Shown piece after piece: positions 1-8,976 of a stretch of 32,000 nucleotides of DNA. This stretch comes from Ralstonia mojiangensis. Its GTDB lineage: Bacteria; Pseudomonadota; Gammaproteobacteria; Burkholderiales; Burkholderiaceae. A model generated the notes under the pieces. It saw only the letters and a list, made by a program, of their open reading frames with translations, had not been told where the DNA came from and ran no database searches. The translations under genes and the position numbers were made by a program. The first letter of the stretch is position 1; every line of letters begins with the position of its first letter. The stretch spans positions 21,501 to 53,500 of the forward strand of contig NZ_JAMXHU010000008.1 in assembly GCF_023955645.1 (NCBI RefSeq). The letters are read 5' to 3'.

Positions 1-111
1 CAGCGTCTGGGCAATGGCGGGAAGGGCGGGGAGATAACTGTCAGTCGCAACCGGCTGTGCCGACAGCAATAGCGGCAGCAGCAGGGCAAAGCTCAAAGGG
101 CGACGCGTCAT
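1..111 (-). CDS. N-terminal 37 codons of an MFS transporter (Bcr/CflA-like), truncated by the window edge
   Basis: The reverse complement from ATG at 111-109 reads MTRRPLSFALLLPLLLSAQPVATDSYLPALPAIAQTL. This is a hydrophobic TM1 followed by the D-x-YLPALPxIA motif typical of Bcr/CflA-type MFS. It starts 5 nt after the stop (116) of the upstream same-strand gene. Confidence 0.4.
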   Translation of the reverse strand, partial: MTRRPLSFALLLPLLLSAQPVATDSYLPALPAIAQTL

Positions 112-115
112 CGGC

Positions 116-949
116 TCAGTATGCAATGGCTGCGCTGCGCCGCAACTCATCTGCGGTGGCGGTGCCGAAACCGAAGAACTCCAGGTACGCGGGAATCATT
201 TCGAACAGCATGTCGGTGCCGACCTGGACATCGCAACCCTTGTCGAGCGCTGCGCGCAGCAACGGCGTGTACTCGGATTTCATCACCACCTCGCCAACAA
301 AGCAGCTTGGCGCGATGCGTGCCACGTCGAAGGGCAGCGGATCGTCTTCTTTCATGCCCACCGGCGTGGCGTTGACCACGACATCGAAGCCGTCCGGATC
401 ATTCGAACCGGTGCGCACCACCAGCGCAGGATAGTGCTCGCGCAGACGTCGGCCCAGCGATTCCGCCGATTCTGCGCGGGTGTCATACAAAGCAAGCTCG
501 CCCACACCCGCAGCGGCCAGCGACGCGGCAATCGCCGAGCCGACGCCGCCGGCCCCTGAAAGCAGCACACGCGCCCCTTCCAGTTGGCGCCCCTTGCGAA
601 GCACGCCGCGCACGAAGCCTGCGCCATCGAACTGGTCGCCCAGCAACGTGCCGTCATCGCGCTTGAGCACCGCGTTGCAGGCCCCCGCGATGCGCACGGC
701 CGGCGTGACCTCATCGACCAGATCCACCGTGGTGACCTTGTGCGGCATCGTGATCAGTGCGCCACGCAGGTTGGTGAAGCGGCAGATCGACTGGAAGCTC
801 TGCGCGTAATCCTCTGCCTTGACCCCCATGGGCACCACAACGGCGTCGATGCCTTTTTGCTCGAACCAGGGGTTGTAGATCATCGGCGACTTGAACGTTT
901 CGGTCGGGTAGCCGATGTGGGCGATGAGGGTGGTTTTTCCAGAAATCAT
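116..949 (-). CDS. Shikimate/quinate 5-dehydrogenase family protein (AroE/YdiB-like)
   Basis: The 277-aa ORF has the SDH-family N-terminal substrate domain (IGYPTETFKSPMIYNPWF, ITMPHK) and a Rossmann GAGGVGSAI motif. It sits in a quinate/shikimate catabolic neighbourhood. Confidence 0.85.
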   Translation of the reverse strand: MISGKTTLIAHIGYPTETFKSPMIYNPWFEQKGIDAVVVPMGVKAEDYAQSFQSICRFTNLRGALITMPHKVTTVDLVDEVTPAVRIAGACNAVLKRDDGTLLGDQFDGAGFVRGVLRKGRQLEGARVLLSGAGGVGSAIAASLAAAGVGELALYDTRAESAESLGRRLREHYPALVVRTGSNDPDGFDVVVNATPVGMKEDDPLPFDVARIAPSCFVGEVVMKSEYTPLLRAALDKGCDVQVGTDMLFEMIPAYLEFFGFGTATADELRRSAAIAY

Positions 950-967
950 GGTTCAGGGGTGCGGGTT

Positions 968-2350
968 TCAGGCGGCCAAGGCTCCGGCCCGCTGGCGGGC
1001 ATATTCAGCCTTGTCGACGGGTTGGGCGGCTGGCTGGCCCAGGTCGTCCATATGGATGCGGTAGGTCTCGCGTGCGGTCATGGCGGCCACGGCGGCAATC
1101 ACCGTGACGCCAAAGGCAATGGCGCCCACGGTTAGCCAGATGTTGGTGGCTCCCGGTGGGGCCACGGCGGTGAAGAGGGCCGGCAGCATGGCAGTGATGG
1201 CCGTGCCGATGTTCTGCGAAATCGCCATGGCCGACACACGGGTGCGCGTCGGGAACAACTCCGGATAGAAGCTCGGGAACACCGCGTTGTAGCCCTGGTA
1301 GACCACGCCCCACATCAGGATCGACATGAAAAAGGCGAGCGGCACGTTCTTGATGCTGATGGCGTACAGGTAGGCAAAAGCAAGCACCCCGGCGAGCAGC
1401 GAACCGAGCACGATCGGCGGCTTGCGGCCGATGCGGTCAGACAGGTCACCAACATACGGAATGACCAGCACTGCAACGATGTTGCCCACCACCGGAATCC
1501 ACAGGTAGATGTCTTTGGCAAAGCCGATGCCGTATGCCGGCTGCACCGCATAGGCGGCGCCAAAGATGGTCGCGACCACCGGAATCACGTTCATCAGCGC
1601 CATGCAAACCACGCGCAGCATGTCAGGCGTGCTGTATTTGAAGGCGTCGAGCACTGGCGAGCGCGGGCGGCCTTGTTGTTGCTCAGCGGTAAACGCGGGG
1701 GTTTCGTGCACTTCACGGCGGATGACGTAGCCGGCGATGATGACGACGAAGCTCAGCAGGAACGGAATGCGCCAGCCCCAGGCGTTGAACTGGTCGACGG
1801 GCATGTAGTGCGCCAACGGCAGGAACACGGCAGCGGCCAGGATCTGCCCGGCCTGCACGCCTTGCAGCGTAAAGCTCGCGAAGAACCCGCGCCGGCCAAA
1901 TGGGGCGTGCTCCAGGATCATGGAACTGGCGCCCGAAATTTCACCGGCCACGGCGAAGCCTTGGATCAGGCGCATGATGACGAGCAGTGTCGGCGCCCAC
2001 AGGCCGACTTGGTCGTACGTGGGCAACAGGCCCACGGCAATCGTCGAAAAACCCATGAGGAACATGCACCAGAGCAGCACGTTCTTGCGCCCGTGCGTGT
2101 CGCCCAGATGGCCCAGCACGAATGCGCCGATGGGCCGCGCGATATAACCCACGCCATACGTGGCCAGCGAGGCGATGATGGCCGTCTTCGGGTCGCCCTT
2201 GGGGAAGAATATCTGCGGAAAGATCAGCGCTGCGGCGGTGGCGTAGATGAAGAAGTCGTAGTACTCGAGCGCCGAGCCGATCCAGCCGCTGGCGGCGGCT
2301 TTCTTCGACTGGTGCTTGCCCAGGGGCTCGTGGGCAGGGGCTGCGGTCAT
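968..2350 (-). CDS. MFS transporter, metabolite:H+ symporter (MHS) family, shikimate/dehydroshikimate-transporter-like
   Basis: The 460-aa polytopic ORF has the MHS signature region (GWIGSALEYYDFFIYATAAALIFPQIFFP, GHLGDTHGRKNVL). It lies 18 nt upstream of the dehydrogenase gene on the same strand. Confidence 0.9.
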   Translation of the reverse strand: MTAAPAHEPLGKHQSKKAAASGWIGSALEYYDFFIYATAAALIFPQIFFPKGDPKTAIIASLATYGVGYIARPIGAFVLGHLGDTHGRKNVLLWCMFLMGFSTIAVGLLPTYDQVGLWAPTLLVIMRLIQGFAVAGEISGASSMILEHAPFGRRGFFASFTLQGVQAGQILAAAVFLPLAHYMPVDQFNAWGWRIPFLLSFVVIIAGYVIRREVHETPAFTAEQQQGRPRSPVLDAFKYSTPDMLRVVCMALMNVIPVVATIFGAAYAVQPAYGIGFAKDIYLWIPVVGNIVAVLVIPYVGDLSDRIGRKPPIVLGSLLAGVLAFAYLYAISIKNVPLAFFMSILMWGVVYQGYNAVFPSFYPELFPTRTRVSAMAISQNIGTAITAMLPALFTAVAPPGATNIWLTVGAIAFGVTVIAAVAAMTARETYRIHMDDLGQPAAQPVDKAEYARQRAGALAA

Positions 2351-2472
2351 GGTTGTCTCCGGTTTTATCTGTGCGGCCTATCGTGCGATTCGTTTGATGA
2401 AGGGCCGTCTGTACACGCAACGCAGCGTAGTCCGCCGCCATGGCGGGGCACAAGCGACTGTGGATTGAAAAC

Positions 2473-2508
2473 GTTCGATAATCGCACGGAATGGTGCGAA
2501 TAACGTAC
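2473..2508. promoter_or_regulatory. PcaR/PcaU-type IclR operator: GTTCGATAATCGCAC plus an imperfect inverted copy GTGCGAATAACGTAC
   Basis: GTTCGATAATCGCAC (2473-2487) matches, as I recall it, the 15-bp PcaR box of the Pseudomonas pca promoters. A 12/15 inverted copy sits at 2494-2508. Both lie in the 205-bp gap upstream of the MFS/dehydrogenase operon, beside the IclR gene. Confidence 0.5.
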
Positions 2509-2555
2509 GAGCCAAGGGTTTCTCCGAGTCTGTCTATCTCCCGGGGCGGAAGGCG

Positions 2556-3323
2556 CTACAGCACACGCATGATCGAAAGCGCGGTGTCCTGCAGCACCTG
2601 CAGCACCCGCTGCAAAGCGTGCTCCGTGGTTTCTTCACCGACCTGCATGTTCACGCTCAGTGCGGCGATCACGTTGCCGTGCCGATCCCGCAGCGGTACC
2701 GCCACCCCGCGCACGCCAATCTGCAATTGCTGCTCGACCACGGCGTAGTCCTGCCGACCAGCCTTGCGGATTTCATCGAACAGGCGGTCCCGCTGCAGGA
2801 TCGTGTAAGGCGTATAGGGCGTCAGCACACAGGTTTCCAGCCATGCCTTGACCTTCTGCTCGGGTTGCGCGGCCAGCATCATCACGCCGGCCGAGGCGAG
2901 CGGCGCCGGCACGCGCGCTCCCAGCACGAATCCGGTGCTCATGACCCGGCTGGTGCTGGTGCGCGAGATGAAAACGAGCTCCCAATCATCCAGCACGCTG
3001 AGGTACGCCACTTCGCCCACGGCGGCGGTCACCTGCTGCAGGAAGGGCTGTACCGTGCGCGGCAGACGTGCTGAATCGAAGTACGACCAGCCCACCTTCA
3101 GCACGCGCGGCGTCAGGCTGAACAGCGTGCCTTCACTGGTGAGGTAGCCGAGGTGTTCGAGCGTCAGGAGGTAGCGGCGCGCGGCTGTGCGGGTGAGGCC
3201 GGTCAGCTCGGCGGCCTGGGTGGGCGTCAGCCGGGGGTGCTCGTGGTCGAACGCCTCCAGGATGGCGAGCCCTTTTTCCAATCCGGCGATCCAGTCGCGC
3301 CTGTCGAGCGATTCCTTCGTCAT
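2556..3323 (-). CDS. IclR-family transcriptional regulator, PcaR-like
   Basis: The 255-aa ORF has an N-terminal wHTH (LEKGLAILEAFDHEHPRLTPTQAAELTGLTRTAARRYLLTLEHLGYL) and a C-terminal IclR effector domain. It is divergent from the dehydroshikimate dehydratase gene. Confidence 0.9.
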   Translation of the reverse strand: MTKESLDRRDWIAGLEKGLAILEAFDHEHPRLTPTQAAELTGLTRTAARRYLLTLEHLGYLTSEGTLFSLTPRVLKVGWSYFDSARLPRTVQPFLQQVTAAVGEVAYLSVLDDWELVFISRTSTSRVMSTGFVLGARVPAPLASAGVMMLAAQPEQKVKAWLETCVLTPYTPYTILQRDRLFDEIRKAGRQDYAVVEQQLQIGVRGVAVPLRDRHGNVIAALSVNMQVGEETTEHALQRVLQVLQDTALSIMRVL

Positions 3324-3362
3324 GGCGATAACCCTAAAAACGAGCGATATGTGCGCACGATT

Positions 3363-3377
3363 GTACGATCATCGAAC
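3363..3377. promoter_or_regulatory. Second PcaR-box-like half-site (GTACGATCATCGAAC) in the iclR/quiC divergent promoter region
   Basis: It matches 13/15 to the reverse complement of GTTCGATAATCGCAC. It lies between the IclR start (3323) and the likely quiC start (3461). Confidence 0.35.
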
Positions 3378-3460
3378 GCTGTTGCGCGAATGCCGCTTGT
3401 CGGCATGTGGAGGCGCTCCTACGCTGCGGGCATTGCTTGACGCCCGACCACCGTATCGCC

Positions 3461-5344
3461 ATGAACTCGCTTCACCCAGCACGTCGCCCCAAATGCATCG
3501 CCACGGTGTGCCTGTCCGGCACGCTGCCTGAGAAGCTGGAGGCTGCCGCCGCCGCAGGCTTTGACGGTGTCGAGATCTTCGAGAACGATTTGCTGAATTT
3601 CGATGGATCGCCGGCGCGCGTGCGGCAAATGGCAGCAGACCTAGGGCTGGCGATCATGCTGTATCAGCCGTTCCGCGATTTCGAAGCCATGCCGCGAGAG
3701 TTGTTCGCGCGAAACTTGGCGCGGGCCGAGCGCAAGTTTGACGTAATGGCCGAGTTGGGCGTCGAGATGGTGCTCGTCTGCAGCAGCGTGCAGGACATCG
3801 CCATCGACGATCCGGCGCTCGCGGCAGACGATCTGCGCCAGATGGCAGAAGCGGCGGCACGGCGCGGGCTGCGCGTGGGGTATGAGGCACTGGCCTGGGC
3901 GCGGCATACGCGGACCTGGCGGCAGGCGTGGCAGATCGTGCGACAGGCTGACCACCCGGCGTTGGGGCTGATTCTCGACAGCTTCCACACGCTCTCGCTG
4001 GGCGATTCGCTGGATGGCCTCCACGATGTGCCGGCGGACAAGCTCTTCTTCGTGCAGTTTGCAGACGCCCCGAAGTTGTCGATGGACGTACTGTCCTGGA
4101 GCCGGCATCACCGTAACTTCCCGGGGCAGGGTGACCTTGCGGTGACGGAGTTTGCGCGCGACCTGCTTGCTGCGGGCTATACCGGGCCGTTGTCGCTTGA
4201 GGTCTTCAATGACGAATTCCGCTCTGCGCCCGCACGACTAACGGCGCTGGACGGCATGCGTTCGCTGCGCTGGCTGGAGTCCGAAGCTGGCGGTGCGGAA
4301 CTGCCGGCGCCAGCGCAATTTGAAGGCGTGGATTTCCTGGAGTTTGCCGTGGATGCTGCGGCAGGACGGGAACTTGAAACGCGCCTGCGTGCGCTGGGTT
4401 TCATCCTTGCGGGGCACCATCGCTCCAAGGCGGTTGACCTGTATCGGCAGGGCGGCGTCAACGTGATCCTGAATATGGAGCAGGACAGCGCAGCGTCGGA
4501 ACACTTCCAGTTGCACGGGCCGTCTGTCTGTGCGATCGGCCTGAAAGTAGACGATGCCGAGCGCGCCATGGCACGCGCACGTGAGTTATGCGCCCAGGAA
4601 TGGCGCGGGCCCGTGGGGCCGACTGAGCGCAGCATTCCCGCGCTGCGCGCGCCCGATGGCACGCTGCTCTATCTGATCGACGATCGTGAGGCCGATCGCA
4701 GTATCTACGAAAGCGATTTTGTCTTGCATCCTGGCGTGCAGGACGATGCAGCCGGGTGGGCATCGATCGACCACGTTGCACAGGCGCTACCCGCGCACCG
4801 GCTCGACAGCTTCGTGCTGTTCTACCGGGCCATCTTCGGCATGCACGCCGAAGCCGTACAGGAGATTGCCGACCCGTACGGCCTCGTGAAAAGCCGGGCG
4901 ATGGTGAGTCCGAACCGCAACGTGCGGATTCCACTCAACGTATCGGAAAGCGGGCGCACGGCCACGGGCAGGTTCATCACCGCCTACGCGGGCTCGGGGG
5001 TGCATCACATTGCATTCCGCACTGAGCGACTGTTCGAGACCATCGAGGCCATCGACCGTGGCGCGGCCCGCCTGCAGCACGTTCCCGAGAACTATTACGA
5101 CGACGTTGCCGCCCGACTTGGGCTGGATGACGCATTGCTCAACCGCCTGCACGACGACGGTCTTCTCTACGACCGCGACCCGCACGGCGATTTTCTGCAC
5201 GCCTACACCGAACCCTTTCGCGAGCGCTTCTTCTTCGAGCTTGTCCAGCGCAACGGCTACCTGGGCTACGGCGCAGCAAATGCTGCCGTGCGCATGGCTG
5301 TGCAGGCACAACTGAGCCGCGGCGCCACTTCGGCTGACCACTGA
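3461..5344 (+). CDS. quiC: 3-dehydroshikimate dehydratase, QuiC1-type fusion (xylose-isomerase-like TIM barrel plus HPPD/VOC-like C-terminal domain)
   Basis: The N-terminal half is a sugar-phosphate isomerase/epimerase-like fold (CLSGTLPEKLEAAAAAGFDGVEIFENDL, LSLEVFND). The C-terminal half is 4-hydroxyphenylpyruvate-dioxygenase-like (GVHHIAFRT, FFELVQR). I prefer the start at ATG 3461 (MNSLHPARRPKCIATVCLSG) over the track start at 3407. Confidence 0.85.
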   Translation: MNSLHPARRPKCIATVCLSGTLPEKLEAAAAAGFDGVEIFENDLLNFDGSPARVRQMAADLGLAIMLYQPFRDFEAMPRELFARNLARAERKFDVMAELGVEMVLVCSSVQDIAIDDPALAADDLRQMAEAAARRGLRVGYEALAWARHTRTWRQAWQIVRQADHPALGLILDSFHTLSLGDSLDGLHDVPADKLFFVQFADAPKLSMDVLSWSRHHRNFPGQGDLAVTEFARDLLAAGYTGPLSLEVFNDEFRSAPARLTALDGMRSLRWLESEAGGAELPAPAQFEGVDFLEFAVDAAAGRELETRLRALGFILAGHHRSKAVDLYRQGGVNVILNMEQDSAASEHFQLHGPSVCAIGLKVDDAERAMARARELCAQEWRGPVGPTERSIPALRAPDGTLLYLIDDREADRSIYESDFVLHPGVQDDAAGWASIDHVAQALPAHRLDSFVLFYRAIFGMHAEAVQEIADPYGLVKSRAMVSPNRNVRIPLNVSESGRTATGRFITAYAGSGVHHIAFRTERLFETIEAIDRGAARLQHVPENYYDDVAARLGLDDALLNRLHDDGLLYDRDPHGDFLHAYTEPFRERFFFELVQRNGYLGYGAANAAVRMAVQAQLSRGATSADH

Positions 5345-5464
5345 GACACGAGAAATCTTGCGCTCACGGTTGTGCGGCCGTGGGCGCTATCCACGCAACA
5401 CCACGGCTGCACGTGCGGCCGTCGCACATTCATACCCATCACACAAAGAGGAGACAAGGGAGCC

Positions 5465-6529
5465 ATGAACAAGACAATGATTGCCGCACTGGTGCTCGGA
5501 GCCACGAGCCTGCCGGCGGCAGCGCAAACCGCCGGCGGCGTCACGCTCTACGGGCTGATCGACACCACCATCCGCTACAGCACGCACGAAAATGCGGCAG
5601 GCAACAGCAATCTGCAGATGACGGACGGCGTGCTGACCGGCAGCCGTTGGGGCCTGCGCGGCACGGAAGACCTGGGCGGCGGCACCAAGGCCATGTTCAT
5701 CCTGGAATCGGGCTTCTCCCCCGATACCGGCGGTAGCCAGCAGGGCGGGCGTCTATTCGGACGCACTGCGGTGGTCGGCCTGGAAGGCGATTACGGCAAG
5801 CTCTATCTCGGCCGGCAATACACGCTGGCGCACGAGGTCCTGTCTTCATACGAGGCGATGGCGTTTGCCAATAACTCCATCGTCGGCTATCAAGGCGGCA
5901 ACTACACAGGCCTGCGCTACGACAACACGGTCAAATACATCAAATCGTTCGGCGGCCTGCAGCTTGCCGGCGCATGGACGTTTGGCGAAGCGGCGGGCAG
6001 CTTCAGCAAGAGCTCGGCGGGCGCCGGCTCAATCGTCTACAGCATGGGGTCGGCTGAAGTGGGCGCGGTGTACCAGGTCACGCGTGATGTGTCATCTGCG
6101 TTCTTCGGCGCGGTGCCGGCAGCGCTGGCCAGCAAGCAGACGGTCTGGGGCTTCGGCGGCAAGCTGGATACTTCGATTGCCACGTGGTACCTCGGCTACA
6201 CGAACAGCCGCCTCGACGTGGCCGACTACAAGAACCAAGCCGCCTATGTGGGCGCAAAGGTGCCGATCTCCGGCGCACTCAGCTTCATCGGCACCGTGCA
6301 GTACGACTGGATGAAGCACCTCGATGCCAGCGGCAAGCGCCTGACCACCGCCGGCATGCTCGACTACGCGTTCAGCAAACGCACCGATGTGTATGCCGAG
6401 GTGGACTACACGCATCTGCAGGGTAGCTGGGTGGCGTTGGACAGCGCCGCCGCGTTCAACAACTCCGGCAACCTGTACGGCAACAATTCGCGCTTGGGCG
6501 TGATGCTGGGCGTGCGACACAAGTTCTGA
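5465..6529 (+). CDS. Outer-membrane general porin (Burkholderia/Ralstonia Gram-negative porin family)
   Basis: From ATG 5465 the product begins MNKTMIAALVLGATSLPAAAQT, a signal peptide preceded by a GGAG RBS. It continues VTLYGLIDTTIRY, has alternating beta-strand character and ends in the typical F (VRHKF). The track start at 5372 is an upstream extension. Confidence 0.85.
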   Translation: MNKTMIAALVLGATSLPAAAQTAGGVTLYGLIDTTIRYSTHENAAGNSNLQMTDGVLTGSRWGLRGTEDLGGGTKAMFILESGFSPDTGGSQQGGRLFGRTAVVGLEGDYGKLYLGRQYTLAHEVLSSYEAMAFANNSIVGYQGGNYTGLRYDNTVKYIKSFGGLQLAGAWTFGEAAGSFSKSSAGAGSIVYSMGSAEVGAVYQVTRDVSSAFFGAVPAALASKQTVWGFGGKLDTSIATWYLGYTNSRLDVADYKNQAAYVGAKVPISGALSFIGTVQYDWMKHLDASGKRLTTAGMLDYAFSKRTDVYAEVDYTHLQGSWVALDSAAAFNNSGNLYGNNSRLGVMLGVRHKF

Positions 6530-6552
6530 TCGCTTGGATCGTGCTCGCAATG

Positions 6553-6584
6553 AAAAAGCCCGCCGTGACTCTGGTGGGCTTTTT
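6553..6584. terminator. Bidirectional intrinsic terminator between the convergent porin and oxidoreductase genes
   Basis: AAAAAGCCCGCC-gtgactct-GGTGGGCTTTTT is a GC-rich stem with one G-U pair. It is flanked by an A-run on the left and a T-run on the right. Confidence 0.6.
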
Positions 6585-6595
6585 CGTTTCTGCGA

Positions 6596-7849
6596 TCAAT
6601 GAAGCGGGCAATCTCGCGCGATCACGTCGCCCACCATTGCGGCGGTAGCGCCGGATAGCGTCCAGCCGAGGTGCCCGTGGCCCGTGTTGTAGAACACGCG
6701 CCCATGCCGCCCACGGCCGACGCGCGGCATCATGTCCGGCATCATCGGGCGCAAGCCGGCCCAGGGCACCACACGCGACGTGCCAATGGCGAAGTTGCGG
6801 CGCGTCCACGCGACCAGCGGTTCGATGCGGTCGGCGCGGATGTCGCGGTTGTAGCCGTTGAATTCCGCCGTGCCGGCCACGCGGAAGCGGCCCGCGCCCA
6901 GGCGGCTTGTCACGATCTTCGCGCTCTCGTCGAGCAGGCTGACCCACGGCGCGCCTTGCACGCTGGCTTCGTCGTCCAGGTGCACCGTGATCGAATAACC
7001 CTTGACCGGATACACGTTGATGCGATCGCCCACCAGTTGTGCGATATGCCGGCTGCCCACGCCCGCGCAGACGACCATCGCATCCGCGGCAAGGTCCTGT
7101 ACGACATTCGCCGAGCTGGTAGACAGGCGGTCATCGAGCGTGGTTTGCAGGAGCAGGCGGACGCCGCTTTCGGTGGTTTCCACATCGCGCACATCTACGC
7201 CGTGCATGAACCGCACGCCGTGCTTCTCACACGCCTGCGCCAGGCCGCGCGTGAACTTGTGGATGTCACCGGTGGCGTCGGATTCGGTGAAGTAGCCGCC
7301 GTAGTAGTTGCCGCGCAGCGTCGGCTCAATGGCGGCAATCTCCTCGGGGCTCACGGGGTGTCGCTCAAGGCCACCTGCGACGAGCAGGGCGTTGGCCTTG
7401 CCTGCTGCCGCAAAGCTGGCCTTGTCGTGATAGACGTGCAGAATGCCGCGCTTCTGCAGGTCGAAATCGATCTGCTCGCGTTCGGCCATCGCAAACAGGT
7501 GCTTGCGTGCCTCGATGGCCATGCGTGTGGTCTCGATGGTGTTGCGGCGGTAGTGCGCGATGCTGGCGACGAACTCGCCGATCCACGAGTATTTGTGCCA
7601 CGACGGCTTGGGGTTGAGCAGCAGCGGCGCGTCGTTGCGCAGCATCCATTTGATGCCCTTGAGGAGCGTGCCGGTGCTGTTCCAGACTTCTGCGTTGCTG
7701 GCGGAAAGCTGCCCGCCGTTGGCAAACGAGGTTTCCATGGCTGGATACAGGTGGCGGTCGAGCACCGTGACCTGATAGCCGAGTTGCGAGAGTGTGTAAG
7801 CAGTGGTGACGCCGGATATGCCGGCGCCGACGATGACGATGTGCGTCAT
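6596..7849 (-). CDS. FAD-dependent oxidoreductase, D-amino-acid dehydrogenase (DadA)/glycine-oxidase family
   Basis: The 417-aa ORF has an N-terminal dinucleotide fold (HIVIVGAGISGVTTAYTLSQLGYQVTVLDR) and a DAO-family C-terminal region (YNTGHGHLGWTLSGATA). It sits directly downstream of a glycine riboswitch. Confidence 0.85.
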   Translation of the reverse strand: MTHIVIVGAGISGVTTAYTLSQLGYQVTVLDRHLYPAMETSFANGGQLSASNAEVWNSTGTLLKGIKWMLRNDAPLLLNPKPSWHKYSWIGEFVASIAHYRRNTIETTRMAIEARKHLFAMAEREQIDFDLQKRGILHVYHDKASFAAAGKANALLVAGGLERHPVSPEEIAAIEPTLRGNYYGGYFTESDATGDIHKFTRGLAQACEKHGVRFMHGVDVRDVETTESGVRLLLQTTLDDRLSTSSANVVQDLAADAMVVCAGVGSRHIAQLVGDRINVYPVKGYSITVHLDDEASVQGAPWVSLLDESAKIVTSRLGAGRFRVAGTAEFNGYNRDIRADRIEPLVAWTRRNFAIGTSRVVPWAGLRPMMPDMMPRVGRGRHGRVFYNTGHGHLGWTLSGATAAMVGDVIARDCPLH

Positions 7850-7903
7850 GGCGGTCCCTATGGAGTGATGTCATGACCGGACGATCCGGTCGGCTCACCC
7901 CAT

Positions 7904-8095
7904 CTGTCTTGGGACCTGAGAGCTTGGGCATCAGCAGCGCTGGCGCCTTCCCCTTCGGTGGGCGCACGCGTGTACGCCTCTCTCCAGATTCGCAGTCGAC
8001 GCCACAGTCCTTTTGCCTGAGAGTTTCCGGGGTGGTTGCTCCATCGGCGCCGGGCGTTGCGCGTGTGCGTGTTGCGCCCGGTCTCTCCTGCGGCG
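7904..8095 (-). promoter_or_regulatory. Tandem (two-aptamer) glycine riboswitch in the leader of the DadA-like gene
   Basis: On the minus strand, aptamer 1 (about 8088-8007) reads GGAGAGACC..GGCGCCGAUGGAGCAAC..CUCUCAGGCAAAAGGAC. Aptamer 2 (about 7987-7904) reads CUGGAGAGAGG..CCCACCGAAGGGGAAGG..CUCUCAGGUCCCAAGACAG. Both carry the conserved GGAGAG, ACCGAAGGGGCAA-like and CUCAGG..GGAC cores in the same order as the B. subtilis gcvT tandem element. A 7-bp hairpin (7875-7891) lies between aptamer 2 and the start codon. Confidence 0.85.
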
Positions 8096-8164
8096 TGTTG
8101 CAGCTGTCGTTGGTGCGTCAGCCGCGCCTGCGTGCTGCCGGTGTGGGCAGCGGGAGCGAGTGTG

Positions 8165-8956
8165 TCACGGCTCGTCTCGTTCGGCAAGTCGGGCTGCGCC
8201 GGAGGCAACGGACGGCGTGTCGTCCTTCAGGTCCACGCCACTGCGGCCGAGCGCCAGTGCGCCTTTGAGCAGGAACACCAGCCGGTTCGCTGCCTGGTCA
8301 TAGGTCAGGCCCGCCGGCCGCACATTGGAAATGCAATTGCGCTCTGCATCCGAGCGGCCAACGCGCGGCGCGTAGGTCAGGTAAATGCCTAGGCTGTCAG
8401 GCGAACTTAACCCCGGCCGCTCACCGATCAGCATCACGACCTGCCGCGCGCGAAGCAACGCACCGATCTCATCCCCCAGCGCAACCCGGGATTGCTCGGC
8501 GATGGCGACCGGCCCGATCGACCAGCCGGCCGGCAGACGCTCACGCACGCTGCACAGCAGCGGCACGGCATGGCTTTGCACGGCCAATGCGGAGAGCCCG
8601 TCGGCAATCACGAAGACAAGGTCGAATGGCTCCGCTGGCCGCAGCGCGCCGAGTTCTGCGCGGCTGGCTTCGTCAAGCCGGCGGCCGAGATCGGGGCGGC
8701 GCAGATACTCGGCGCGATCGGCTGCCGCGCTGTGCACCGCCAGGGCCGTGAAGCCCGCCTGCCCAAGCGCGGCCGCTAAAGCTGCACGATTGAGTGGCAA
8801 GTGCACGGCATCGCGCGCCTGGGCGTGCGCCACGCCAAACGCGAGCACAGCGTCGGTCGTCTGGCTGTTGCCGGCGCGGCCCAGCGCAATGCGCGCGTCG
8901 GTGAAGGCGCGCAGGTGTGTCCATGGATTCGGCTGAACGAGGGGATATTTCGGCAT
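8165..8956 (-). CDS. eutC: Ethanolamine ammonia-lyase small (light) subunit
   Basis: From ATG 8956 the product begins MPKYPLVQPNPWTHLRAFTDARIALGRAGNS. EutC hallmarks follow (FVIADGLSALAV, MLIGERPGLSSPDSLGIYLTY, ERNCISNVRP). It starts 20 nt after the eutB stop. The track start at 9070 is an upstream extension into eutB. Confidence 0.9.
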   Translation of the reverse strand: MPKYPLVQPNPWTHLRAFTDARIALGRAGNSQTTDAVLAFGVAHAQARDAVHLPLNRAALAAALGQAGFTALAVHSAAADRAEYLRRPDLGRRLDEASRAELGALRPAEPFDLVFVIADGLSALAVQSHAVPLLCSVRERLPAGWSIGPVAIAEQSRVALGDEIGALLRARQVVMLIGERPGLSSPDSLGIYLTYAPRVGRSDAERNCISNVRPAGLTYDQAANRLVFLLKGALALGRSGVDLKDDTPSVASGAARLAERDEP

Positions 8957-8976
8957 GTTTGGCTTCCCGGCGGGAT

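Noticed and set aside
57-434. Plus-strand ORFs at the left edge (57-434, 121-375)
   Set aside because: They lie opposite the well-supported dehydrogenase gene and the MFS N-terminus. They are Ala/Ser/Arg-rich shadow frames.
3407-3460. N-terminal extensions of track ORFs (3407, 5372, 9070, 13269, 18142, 24069, 25890, 30111)
   Set aside because: In each case an internal start gives the family-typical N-terminus, signal peptide or stop/start coupling with a plausible RBS. The extension overlaps the upstream gene or translates to non-protein-like sequence.
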